Position numbers and translations under genes: made by a program. DNA of 62,934 bases, filler included, from Sphacelaria rigidula (Eukaryota): the NCBI GenBank assembly GCA_964200075.2. It is 4 parts of 4 records of this genome, joined end to end, with 100 filler letters (N's around TTAATTAATTAA, not from the genome) between each part and the next. Parts side by side here need not be neighbours in the genome. Positions count along the whole stretch, not along the records: positions 15,765 to 31,426 come from CAXNAA020001656.1; positions 31,527 to 47,182 come from CAXNAA020001658.1; 2 more parts are not named here. One strand, written 5' to 3'. Under the pieces are notes generated by a model. It saw only the letters and a program-made list of their open reading frames with translations. It was not told the DNA's origin and searched no databases. Of this stretch, positions 25,138 to 37,300 are shown piece by piece; within the stretch, counting starts at the first letter, position 1, and each line of letters starts with the position of its first letter.

Positions 25138-26530
25138 GGTATTGGGGGTTGTCCTATAGTAGGTGACGTGCACACAGTGAACACAATCAAGGTGAACCGG
25201 AGTGAATGCGACGCGTCGTTGACCAAGGGCGGAACAGAGAGGAAACCGAGCGATACCGCTGGCAGAGCTGGTCCTTGGCAGCACCGTAGCGCAGTTGATG
25301 ATGATGGTCTTGAGACTGCCACAGGCGAGGAGAAGGAAGCCAAGAACCCGGCGGTGAGACTGTTGACGTTTATTGTGGTGTGTTTTTTAATTTACACCTG
25401 CAGTCTTATTCTTGATCCTTGGGAGCGGCTTCGTTGCGTGACACTGCCTCAATCATGGTTAGCACGTACTGTCAACGGACTGGCTTTTGTTCGAGGGTGG
25501 ATGTTGTTGGGTCTGCTGCCGCCGGCGGGGGGTGGTCGACACCATGGTGGTATAAATGGAGGCGCAAGCCGCGTCATACGCATCTAGTTCCAGCATTTTG
25601 CCACAATAAATACTCTTGCTTGCACCTCTGCCGTCTTCGTTCGCCAACATATGCGTCGTATTTTCGCAAATTTATATCAGCAGTTTCTCGTGGCATTCAC
25701 CGGTAGGTATTGGGCGTGCGAAACGTAAACTTATCGCTATTTCTAGCGACTTACACCATAGCAGACGTTGAGCTACTGACATAAAACTCGGTTATGCGAT
25801 AGAGAGGCCATTAGCGACTCTTCCCCGAGAATTTGCGTCTTCATCGCATCATCAGTCCCCAACTTCTTTGCTTCTTCTCCTCATTCTCAGTACTCGCCAA
25901 TTTCTGAAATCGGCGTGCTTTCTTCAATCATGTTTTCACGTCGTTGTGCCGTTTTAGTTGGAAAATCGTATTCCAATACCTTCATGAAAACGTTTCACAG
26001 GAAATTATGCTGTTCTACAACAAGCTTAGGGGGGGCACAGGGGTGGTGGACGGACTTTACCCCACCACCACCATCAAAGAACTCCAGAAAAAAATCTTCA
26101 AGAAAGAGCATGTTCCAGGTGACCCAAGCACTCGCTGCATCACGTTCTGGTTAGGCCGCAAAGAACTCCGCTACGACGATGATCGGACTGTGGCGGACTA
26201 TGCTATGGTGAAGGATGACAGCATTCTGCTCACTCTTCCCAGTTCCAAGTCAAGCCATCGTCATGATTCACGTCGCCCTTGTCATGAGGTGAGTTTCTGT
26301 GCAAATGTTATGTTGCTGCGCCAGTTTTGTACCATGTCACTGTTCATTTTTTCATGCTTTTGGCAGAAAGTATGATACAACTCGCTCATACTGCCATCTT
26401 ACACACCGCGAGGAATGTTGGTGCAGCAGAGATATTCTCCTGTTCTCAGGATTCTCTGGGTGCGTGTCTCACGCTAGTGTTGTTGATCACCTGTTCCCCG
26501 GTCTTCGCCTCGGATCATATGCTGTATTAA
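23791..26530 (+). CDS. Spliced gene (5' exons not identified): coiled coil, disordered region, ubiquitin-like domain, hydrophobic tail
   Basis: Exons 23791-23980, 24389-25353, 26001-26288 and 26450-26530 with GTGAG donors, CAG acceptors and consistent phases (1,0,0). Exon 3 reads EIMLFYNKLRGGTGVVDGLYPTTTIKELQKKIFKKEHVP..FWLGRKEL..DRTVADYAMVKDDSILL, matching the ubiquitin beta-grasp pattern. Confidence 0.72.
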
Positions 26531-27037
26531 GGTAGAATATGTGGAGGGACATATAAATGAAAGTATTGCTGGAATTGTTCGAAATAACTCGAGAGATGAG
26601 AATTCATTCGCGAGCTTGACCCAGTTTCGACGTGAGCGAATATGTGGAGCAGGATTGAGAGAAACATCGAGTGAGTTGTGTTATGATGTACAAGCCCTCC
26701 GGCGTACGAAGTTGCCCGGAGACTACGTTGTACCTTCCTTCAGAACGACCCTAGGAAATGATCGACTCACCTCATGATTTATTTACCTACTTGACCGCTT
26801 TGATTTGCACGAGTCGGACAGCTCATGAGCTACCCAAATATTACTTCTTATTAGTGTACTCATTCGGATCATGAGCTAGGTCTTTTGGCCCCCTTTTTCC
26901 ATATGTGCTCCCTACAGTGCTGGGCGTCGAGCACAAGGAGTAGCGCAAAGGTAGTGCTTTGGCTGCTCGGACCCCGCTGTCACGTACTCTGTACTCTCGG
27001 ACAAGGGATGTTGAACTCCTCTTCGATTAGTTATTTT

Positions 27038-28179
27038 CAGGAGTCTACGGGTTACGAGTTCACCTTCACGTTACGTTCATCACGTTTGTAAAGTTCAATG
27101 TTCACATTACGTTTCATTTGAAAATTTAACGTTACGTTCACGTTTCGTTCGGCACGTTAAAAAACGTTAACGTTACAATTCGTTACTGTACATGTAAGCG
27201 TAGTATGAAACGTTTCATGGAACGTGTAACGTCTGATAGAACGCTTCATTGACACGTGTAGAGTTCGCATGTAACGTTTCATTCTGTGCATGTCGCGGCT
27301 CATTTACCAGTGTTTAAGGTGTTGTAACGTGTCGTGTAACGCGTGACGTTACCGTGTACGTGACGCTGACGGTGGCCCGCCGTATGTCTGAGTGTAGGCG
27401 CATTATCTGATTGTGTAACGTTACTTTCTCAACAGTGTATTGTTCTAGTTTTTGACCGTAATATTTTCATATGCTTGGTCATTCGCACGATAGCACATAC
27501 TGAATACACACCAGATCGTGAAGATGATTGAACGCCGGCTTGAGTCCTGGCATTTCGCAGATAAAACCATATCGGGTAATCTTGGTTCTATATATGTATA
27601 CATGTATCCATGATCAAACAAGATAGTTTATTACGGCCGCCAAAGGCAAAGGCTATGCGTGCATGTATGTATGCGTGACAGTTTTACATCGCGGTTCAGG
27701 CAATCAGTGCATCTATCTAGCTTGTCAAGCTTTTGTTTTACTGTATGCAGACTGATGGATTTTTGTGTTCGAACATTTAACGTTCACGTTACATTACGCT
27801 CGTCACGTGAAAAAAATGTAACGTTAACGTGAAGTTTCGGCCAAAGCGTAACGTGAACGTAACGTGTAACGTTGTGGCACATGTAACGTGTAGGGCCCTG
27901 GTTGATTGAAGCACAAGCTTCAAGGATTTCAAAATTCATTGCGAACTTGAAGTGTGCACCGCTCCATGCAACGTGTTTATGACGTTTGGACAATATGACG
28001 TTCACCTTATGTTTCCCTTGCTGCACGTTGAAAAATAATTACGTTTCGTTAGCATTTAATTTGAAAATATAACGTTACGTTCACGTTTCGTTCGGCACGC
28101 ACAAAATATTGTAAGTTCACAAAAACGTAACGTGAACGTAGCATGTGACGTTGTGGCACGTGTAAAGTGTAGACCCCTG
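27038..28179. mobile_element. Cluster of hAT-like non-autonomous element(s) with ACGTT-rich subterminal repeats
   Basis: Left end CAGGAGTCTAC at 27038; right ends GTGTAGGGCCCTG (27900) and GTGTAGACCCCTG (28179); the block AACGTTACGTTCACGTTTCGTTCGGCACG is duplicated at ~27128 and ~28071; no clean TSD. Confidence 0.55.
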
Positions 28180-31100
28180 ATTGCTTTAGGTAGCTCATGA
28201 ACTGTCCGACATGTGCAACTTTGATCACTCCTGCAGCTAGTATGTTCACTTCATAACAAACGCGAGGTCTCCTTTCTGCGGAATAATGTGTCATAATATG
28301 GTGAGAAAGATACCTTCATTGCTCAAGAATGCTTTATCTTTGTCTTTGGTCTTGCACCCCACCCATCAACCTATGTATTAACAGAAAAGATATTTTCAAG
28401 GGCGTTCCAAAGCAGACATGTATTCCTGTCACCGTTCGAAGAAAGGGATCCAAAACACGTCAAACGTACCCCGGAATAGTTAAAAATGATATTTTATTAT
28501 AGCTGTTTCCTCTATAATACACCAACAACGACAATGATACACCAACAACACATCGTGCGGGTATGGGCTGGAAGCCTGTGAGTACAGCAAGACCTCGCTC
28601 GTGCGGTGAATCGCGGGCCAATAGGATCTACAAAACCAGAGGATAATGGGTATCGATTCACGGGTCAGAATTTACAAACTACGTACAGTTGCCATTTTCC
28701 GTTTAGGTCCCATCGCACAGTGCGGTGCAGTGAAGTAACTGTACTTTACAGCTAGCAGTAGCTCACGGGTTTTCGCACGATGTCATGAGCCTGCTGTTAA
28801 TCATCGTGCTGAGCATGCTGCTCAAAGAACAGTGCTTCAAGCAGGAACACAGTATCGGCCTGGAGGAACTGGTTTCTCTCACGCTGAGACCTCTGTAGCG
28901 GAGTGCACCGTGCATGATGCCATCATTGCGGGTGCAACACGAGGATGATGGTGATATTGGTGGTGGTGGTGGTGGGTACCTCTGTAAGTTCGATTGATGC
29001 GATCTTCTGCAGCAAGTACACACACTAACTTTCTGTCTTGTTGTGGGGTGTTGCAACTGTTTTTTGGCCAAAGATACGGTGAATTGCATGGTATTGTTTC
29101 GGCGTAGGTGTTTCGACTTCCCCGTGTCTGTGCTACGAGATGCCCGTTTCGACCATGGGTCACGTCCCTGCTGGTGTACAGGATGTTTCTAATCGACGGA
29201 ACAGCGTGAGATGTAAACGAATTCTGCCGTGTTGTGAAAGAAAACCCGTCACGTGATCTAAAGTATTTGCATACCACATCGCCATCGATTACACCTAGCG
29301 CATGCTTTCCTCGACGCCAGCGTCAGAGATATTGAGGCCGTGTAAGTGCGTGCCGTTTTGTACTTAGTGCATAGTGTTGCTGTTGCTGCTGATGTAATTC
29401 ATTTGTGCGAACAAACCGAGGCGAAAGGTGGCCATGTACGTTATATAAGTCAGTTTCTCTGCGACGCTACGCGGTGTAAGGGACTGTCTTGTAGAAAACA
29501 AGTTGGCTAGATTTTTTTCCCGCCTTCACCTTATGACAGTAAGGCGATTCCGCACGATAGTACCCTTCTTGTGATGCAGCACGGCTTTAGTTGCCGTCCC
29601 AGAAGTTGCCCAGGACTCAGGGTCAATGATTGCTGCTTGCATCTGACTGCCGTAAGGGGCTACCATACGCATATCTAGAGCTGGCGCTCAGACGAGTAGG
29701 GCGGCGCGTGTACTGCACCAAGTTTACAAGGGTTTTTTGTGAGTTCCACCCTACCCTACCTTGAGCAAAGCTTTCCGAACGCTCGACGCGCCACATGACT
29801 GCCGTGAGGCGGTGAAGCCGGGCCTCCGGGTAATCGGCACACGATCCCGCTCGCGAGGTAAGTGTTGGCTGAGGTTTCCTCCTTTCTGGAGAAAAACACA
29901 CACACAGAGTCACGCACACACCTAATTCCGGGCTTCCTTATACCCACATGAGGATTCTCGCTCCCCAGACCTTGATGTTCAGTGTCTGAAGACACTGGAA
30001 ATCATAGACGGAAACCTTAAATGGGTCACCCTCTGATTCACCTAGAATGATGATGCGGCTGCTACCTCACATAATTCAACCAGGCAAAAGATCGTGCACA
30101 TGCCCGTTCACAACCCGAGTCAAGTCGTGTCTGTGGTCAATGCTTCGTGCCCCTCCGGTATTCATTCCGTTTTGTTTCGGCATGATGTGGCAGGAACATG
30201 GACACTAAGGATTGCTGTACAGGCTCCAAGTGCCGAGAACGGTCGCTCCAAGCGGGGCCTGCCTACGTGCGGGTAGAGCGCCAGGATGCGAAAATTCAAG
30301 CTACGAGACAATTGCGGTCATGTCAGCGACTGCGCAGCGTTACATAGAGGCCCTGGCAGCACCGTGTTGACCATCTTCGATTTCGAATACCAAACACAGT
30401 CCTAGCTTGCTAAAAAATGCTGTTGAGTGGCTGTTTGTTCACGAAATGTAGGTCTTGGTTCACCCCAGCTTGGCCATTCTTTTGTTTTGTGCGTTTTTGC
30501 CTGTAACGACGTGTGCTCACAGCTACTCATTGATCATCCATCTTTAGACATCTGGAGTTAGGCCGTGTGTTGACAATACAAGAAAAGTGAGAATAAAATG
30601 ACCAGGATAATAGTGAAATGACCGTTCACAACTTTATTTTCACGAGTAATCAGGCGCCGTTCCGAACTAGGGGGAAAAAGTAGTGATACTGAAAATGCAA
30701 TGCAATTCTGGTGATGGGAGTACTTGCCAGCTTGGCTACCGCTGGTGATGGTAATAACGCCAGCAGCGTTCTCATCGGATTGTTACTCCGCTCTCACTTT
30801 TGTTCATTCTAAAATGATCAACAGTAGTAGCACCAGCACGAATGTCGCAGCAGCGGACATCGCCTTTTTCGTTTTACGGAATTATATGAAATAGCCAACA
30901 CACAATATGAAGTTTTCCACAGTGTGCAGCCATCACTGCGCGCCGACTGACATTGTTTTCTGCAGAGACGAACACAACGGCGATATCGCAGCTCATGCAA
31001 TCCAAACCATCTTCGCAACGCGTAAACACACCACAGTACGGGGACAGCTCCAGCACGGAGAGGGGGTGTGAGTGTGTTCTTGCGGTACAGTGAAACTGAA

Positions 31101-31426
31101 CATATCGCCTCGGGCAGACAAAAGACAACGTCAAACGCCAAGCAGCTGCACGCTGGACCGAGGGGCCCCATATCGGGAAATGACGGCACCACCCCGCCCC
31201 CCAGGTCGCCCAAACCTCATTCTGGGGCCGTAGGAGAGGAGGGAGGGGGTGTGTTGGAAATTTACACAGCCAGCAATCTAGCTGTATATCTTTTGCGTGT
31301 GAGTTTTTACTCTGTAGCAGGTTAACGGGTCAATACGTGTCAACTAGGAGCCACCCAATATTGACCAAAGGTTCAAGTACTGTTTTTTCTGTAGATACTT
31401 GAGTTCAATGTCCTGTCAGATTTGCC

Positions 31427-31526
31427 NNNNNNNNNNNNNNNNNNNNNNNNNNNNNNNNNNNNNNNNNNNNTTAATTAATTAANNNNNNNNNNNNNNNNNN
31501 NNNNNNNNNNNNNNNNNNNNNNNNNN
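31427..31526. other. Artificial 100-nt contig spacer
   Basis: N44-TTAATTAATTAA-N44. Confidence 0.97.
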
Positions 31527-31594
31527 GGGAAAGCACTGTTTTAGGCTTGAACCTCACCTCGGAGTTAAACCTCAATTCGCATAATTTGTTGTTA

Positions 31595-32980
31595 GTATAT
31601 ATTGGGGCAGTGTGAGCAACAGCATATTGCACGACCAATATATATATATTAGGCTCGCATTGATTAGAACATATTGACCGGTCAGTATTTATTGGGTCGG
31701 CGTGGGTGTTGATGTATTGGCCGGTCAATATATATTGGATATTATTAGTGTGGGGTACGCTTTAAGAAAGATCCAAACGCGATGGATGCTGGAGCCCGTG
31801 CAGATTGAGGAAGCTCCAAAGGGAGCCGCAGAAGTTCGCGTGCATTACTACGAAGAGTTGCATATATATATATATATACCGGTCAGAAAAAATGGTGACA
31901 GAAGAGGCGACCCGATATATATGCCTCCTGATACCTATCTTGCCATCGTTGGGGGGGCGCCCATCCCCTTCCCAGTATGAAATTAATATATCTTGGCCAA
32001 ACATCACGATGACAGAAAACGCGGGTCGGTATGCGTCTTTTGGTACCCTTGTGGTCACCGGGGCTGTGTCGCTTATTCCCTGAAAAATACATTATGTTCC
32101 AATATGATACCAATACTTTGTATTGGAGCCAGCTGGAATATTGTCCTGTCAACATATACTGTGTTGAGATGTCCTAGGAGACATTGAAGCATTAACATAT
32201 ATTGCTCGTGTCATGATCATGAAGTAATGTATGGCAATATGTATTGGACATGCATTTGCTCCGAGAATAAAAAATTCAATATATATTGTGCATGCCGGCT
32301 GTGTATGTATTGAAGTGTCAATATATATTGAGTCGAAGCGATGCGTAGCATATTGTTACCATAATATATATTGAACGCGGACCATGCAGAGGTATTGTTT
32401 TCCCAATATATATTGCGCACGCTGATCGGATAGCTATTGTACAGCCAATAAATATTGAACACGCTTGCGGAGGAATACATTGAGCGTTTTCGGCATGTAA
32501 AATACATCTTTGAATGGCGCCCGCGAACAAAGAACTGCCCACCATACTAATTTCAATACACTTTCTAATCTACATGTTGAAAATCAATATATTTTGCTAC
32601 ACCAACATGTATTGTGACCGTCGGTTCCCTCGTGTATTGTCCGCCCAATATATATTGGACGCATTGACGCACGACCTATTGGGGCGGCAATATATATTGA
32701 CGCTTCGGGTGTCGAGTATATTGAATCGTCAACATATATATTGACCTTGGGTGGCAGCCAACATATTACTCGGCCAATATATATTGAGGTGGCGCGTGTC
32801 GTGATATATTGTTCGGTCGATATATATTGCGTGTCGCGAGCCTTGACATATTGATGGCACAATATATGTTGACCCTCTCTCGTGCTATTATATTACTCGC
32901 CCAATATATATTGACCACCCGACGCGTCGATATATTGAGCGGGCAATATATATTACATATTGTATTGTCCAGGGTGTGAA
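31595..32980 (-). mobile_element. ATATATTG-rich non-autonomous TIR element, partial copy
   Basis: Many ATATATTG/CAATATAT motifs; ends TATTGTCCAGGGTGTGAA; reverse-complement homolog of 57389-58610, 59640-59710 and 61231-61280. Confidence 0.8.
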
Positions 32981-34344
32981 ATATTCCCAAGATATAAACG
33001 CAAAAACAAAAGGGAATGCGGAAGTAAAAATTACGCCTGACAACAATGAAGACACACTAAACGTAAAATGAGCCAGAGAAAAAGAACACGTGGCGATCGT
33101 CCCCGTAAACGGAAGCGGTTGTTGAGTGTACGAAGCGAGTAGGGTCAAGTTTTTCAGCCTCGAAGATCAAAACATTTGAGACTCCCGACCCCAGTTACTC
33201 TCGGTATCTGTACACATCGAAAACCAACATGCAACACATACAAAAGAAACACGGGACGACCGATCCCGGAAACGGAGGCGGTATTTTGTGTACGGAGCGA
33301 TTGGATAAAAGCGCAAGTGTTCCAGACTGGGGTGTCAGGTATGTCTAGCGCTCGCTCCGGAAGCTCTCGGCCGATAGAAAAAAAACAAGACAAACCGTGC
33401 GAAGGACGACGAAAGAAAAGAAAAACACTCGTGACAACCGTTCCAGTGAACAGAATGGTCGTGAGCGTACGGCGCGGAGGACGAAGGTTCAAGTGTTCCA
33501 GCTCGGGGCCAGGAAGGTTTGTGGAACGGTCGTCACGGAATACTCCGACATATGAACCCAGATATAACGAAGAAAATTACCAAACACAAAATACAAGACC
33601 AAAAGAAAAAACGAAAGACTAAATAAATAAATAAATATAAAGACAAGATCTAAAGCCGAACAAAAAATACGAAATATAAAAAGTACAAAAGAGGGAAACC
33701 GGACAACTCTAGAGGAACGGGGCTACAACAGTGCGGTAGAAAATGTAGGGAGGGAGGGGGGATATGGTTCTTCAACGACGCTACGGCACTAGACAAGCCA
33801 TTCGAACATGGTACACTACGCAAGGTGAATGGGGGGAGCAGACTCGGATGCGGCATCAAGAGTCTTCTGCATCCCGAGCGGTGTTCGTGTTGCGAACAAC
33901 GGCTGTGTCGAGATCGCCTTGGTCGTGACGTTGGAGGCACCAGGATCCACGGTGGGCGGTCGGCACCTCGGTGTAGTGGGCGTGACCCAAACGAATCTGT
34001 GGGGGACTCGGGCCATTGAGGAAAAAGCTGAAGTAGGAGTTGTCAGACGCAGGATCGACCAAATGGATCTTACCCAACCACCACAGTGAATCCAAAGCCT
34101 AACACCAAAAATACGCCTCCTCCGGCAAACGATGTCCGCAGAAAAGACTGCATATATATATATATATATATTGTGAACGCAAAGGGAGACTATGTCCTGC
34201 TACGACAAACCGCGCTGAGTGCTCACGTGCCAGTTCCCGAGCGGCAGCTCCCTTGCGCATCGATCTATATCTCTTATTCAATGGGCGGTGTTGGACGGCA
34301 TTTCCTATACCCAATACAGCAATTTTTCTCGACGGAAGTGACCT

Positions 34345-37300
34345 AAGTCAATTTCACGCTTCCATGTATCACGCATGATACCTTTCCAATGTGTTTGATG
34401 CATTGTCGCTATCTTACCACCACGGCGGCGGACCAGTTGATAGCTCGAAATCCGATCTACCGCCACATGTTCCAGGGGTGCGTCCGCATCCTCGGCCATC
34501 ATATGACACGGCGGAGTTTTGATCGCATACTTGGTCAACATATACTGACTCAGCCCCAACGGCAGTTGCTTGGGCATGTCAGAGGAGTCGAGAGGAGGAA
34601 TGCACGGTTCGCACCGTAGCATCGAGACGCGGGTTTTCGGTTTTAAGCCAGGTTAATCCATAGGAAATCTAACTACAAACGTCTTGTTGCGACCGGACCT
34701 TTGTCGGGTGCGTTAGCGCTTGGATCAACGGCCAAAAATTCCCAAGGACCAGTCCAAGCCAAGGGGAGTTTCGTTTTCGACACTTTGTCCAAAGAACATG
34801 TCTTGGAGCTAACCCCTTATTCATGATCTTCACATCGTTATACACCCATGCCCATTGTCCAACCTTCCACACCTGGCGGCTATGTACCACATCATCCAAC
34901 ACCGAGTTCGCCCTGGCCACCTTGGCAAAATTGATTTGGTTCTGTTCTCGTATCTCTTCATATGTAAGACTAACACCATGGCTAACCGACAAATGGTACT
35001 CCACATTATCACGATCCAGAATCTGGTGTCCGCCGGTATGTCTGCGATCGAACACCATCAAAGGCAACCTGGGTATACGACCAATATGAGTTTCATTCGG
35101 CGTCAATCCCGTAGCGGCATTGATCGAATTACTATAGTTTATTCGGACGAGCGGCAGATGCAAGTCCGAGTCCATTTGTCGTTCATTCACCACGGTAGCA
35201 AGCATTTGTTCCATCGTATAGTTCACTCGCTCCATTCCATAGTTGGTGGAAGGGTGATACGTACCAGTTGAAATGCGATGGGCACCCGATGAGCACCCAA
35301 GAGATCACTGACTGCTGCCGAACGTTTTCCCAGAAAATGCGAGTCATTATCGGACAGCGCTTAACGGTCGACGAGGGAAAGGGACTGCTGAATCCCTCTC
35401 ACGATAAAAATAAAGAGGCAAGCACCTTAGAAGGAAGGCGGGGTACTAAAAACAAATAAAAAGAGAAAAGCTCTTGTGTTGACCTTCCTCCTGTGTGACC
35501 CCGGCTGGTGCGCCCACAGGTGCGCCCACACATACCGAAAGGTGTAGAGCGGCGTCCAGAATAGATGGGACGACAACACGCACACACACAGCCCTTTGGG
35601 CACACCCCACTGTGGGATGTAGGTGTAGACAAGAATGTTGGCGGTGCCTTCAGCGTTACAGCTACCCGCAGGGACAGCGTGCATCACCGCATGTCAAGTA
35701 AAACGATCTGCAAACAACAAAATATACTCATTACCACTCTCCGCCAGGGGCAAAGGACCAAAATAGTCCCACGAAACTACTTCACCGGGCCCGTTTAGGA
35801 GTGGCATGGAAACAATCAGCCAACAAACTGTTTGACATGAAGTCTTGCGCGCTTGGTACAAAGAGGCAACACCGAACCCACCAACGAGCACACTGATCCA
35901 AAAAAATCCACGAAGAAAAACGTTCAAGCATCTGGGAGGTCCTAATGGCGCCCAAATGAGTTGATGCCTGCGTATGGCATTCGCGTAGAACTCATGGGCG
36001 CAGGAGCATCGGGACATGGATTCGGATTGGTTCATTACCTAGCAAGCGGGGATGTCGACTCGTCGGTATCCCCCTGGGGAGGGCCACTGTGGGCCGGCGA
36101 AAATCAAAAGAACTACACCATCATCATCCGTATGCAGCATACCTTTCCGCGAAAGTTCAGTAACCTCATCCTGTGTGGGGGCTTTGTTGGTCCCGACGAG
36201 CAAAAGGAACTCGGTTTCTGAGAATTGATACGGGCAACTTTCAGGTAGATAATGGACAGCCGATTTTCAAGCAGGTTCTGCTTGTTATTTCCGGGCCCAA
36301 TCGGTGTGGGAGAAGAGAGTCAAACGTTTCTTGAATACACCATCTGTTGAAGCGTCCACTTCGTGTTTGGTCGGGTCAGGGTGAAGGTGACACGAAGCGG
36401 TGATATCGGGACCAAGCGTAAGTTTACCAGGTAGTGTATTCTCAGGCGGAACGTTAACGTCTACTCCTGCGTCGATTTTCGTGGTGGGAAGTGTGGTTTT
36501 GCTGTTGACACCGTCACTAAGGGAGGGGGGCACAGCCTTGGTTTCGGCTATGGTTGGCAAGGGAGTCGCGGTCGGGAACGATTTTCTGGGGACCTTGCGT
36601 CGTGGAGGTTGGGGGGGCGCGATGAAATTATCGGGGACCGGGATGGAGACAGGGAGGGTAAGGTCAGGACCAGATACGGCTGATTTGGTGGCCGTGTCGG
36701 CGGTCCGCCGTCCACGAGTTCTACTCGAAATCAAATCTCGAACTTGAACTGGTGAAACGCAGTCAGTACAAGACGGTTCTACAGCTGCTGTAAAGACCAT
36801 TCGTTGGCCAGTTGCACGAAAATGATCATAGCCAACAGTATCGGTAGGCAGCCCATTCCAAACTGAGTACAACGATTGCCGTTACAAAGTGCCCAGCACT
36901 GATGCGTGGGCTGTAGTCATCAGCTCACACATGCCTAAAGCCGGCGTGTTTCTCAGTGAAAGTGGTGTGTAGAGACCTATATGGCCATTCTTGCTGATGA
37001 AATATACAATGTCCTCGGTGGGATCAGTGATACGTCACATGGGGGATTCATCGATAGGTTTAGCCGGTGGGGGCGAGCGTGACAGGAAGTCGGCGTTTGC
37101 ATTTTGCGGTCCTGTGCGATATTTCAACAGTTGTAAGACGACAGAATTTCGAACCAGTGTTGCACCCTAACGTTGTGCTCCGCCATTTTGGCGAGGCTTT
37201 TCAACGACTTATCAACCGTATAAATCACAAACGGGATGTCATACGAATACTGACGCAGACGTCGCACGTCCCAAACAACTGCGCCGGCCTCTTGTTCCAT

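Noticed and set aside
33000-34340. 3' LTR of the large Gypsy matching 41200-41460
   Set aside because: Only a short TGTGTACG similarity was seen; no alignable LTR pair or clear PBS.
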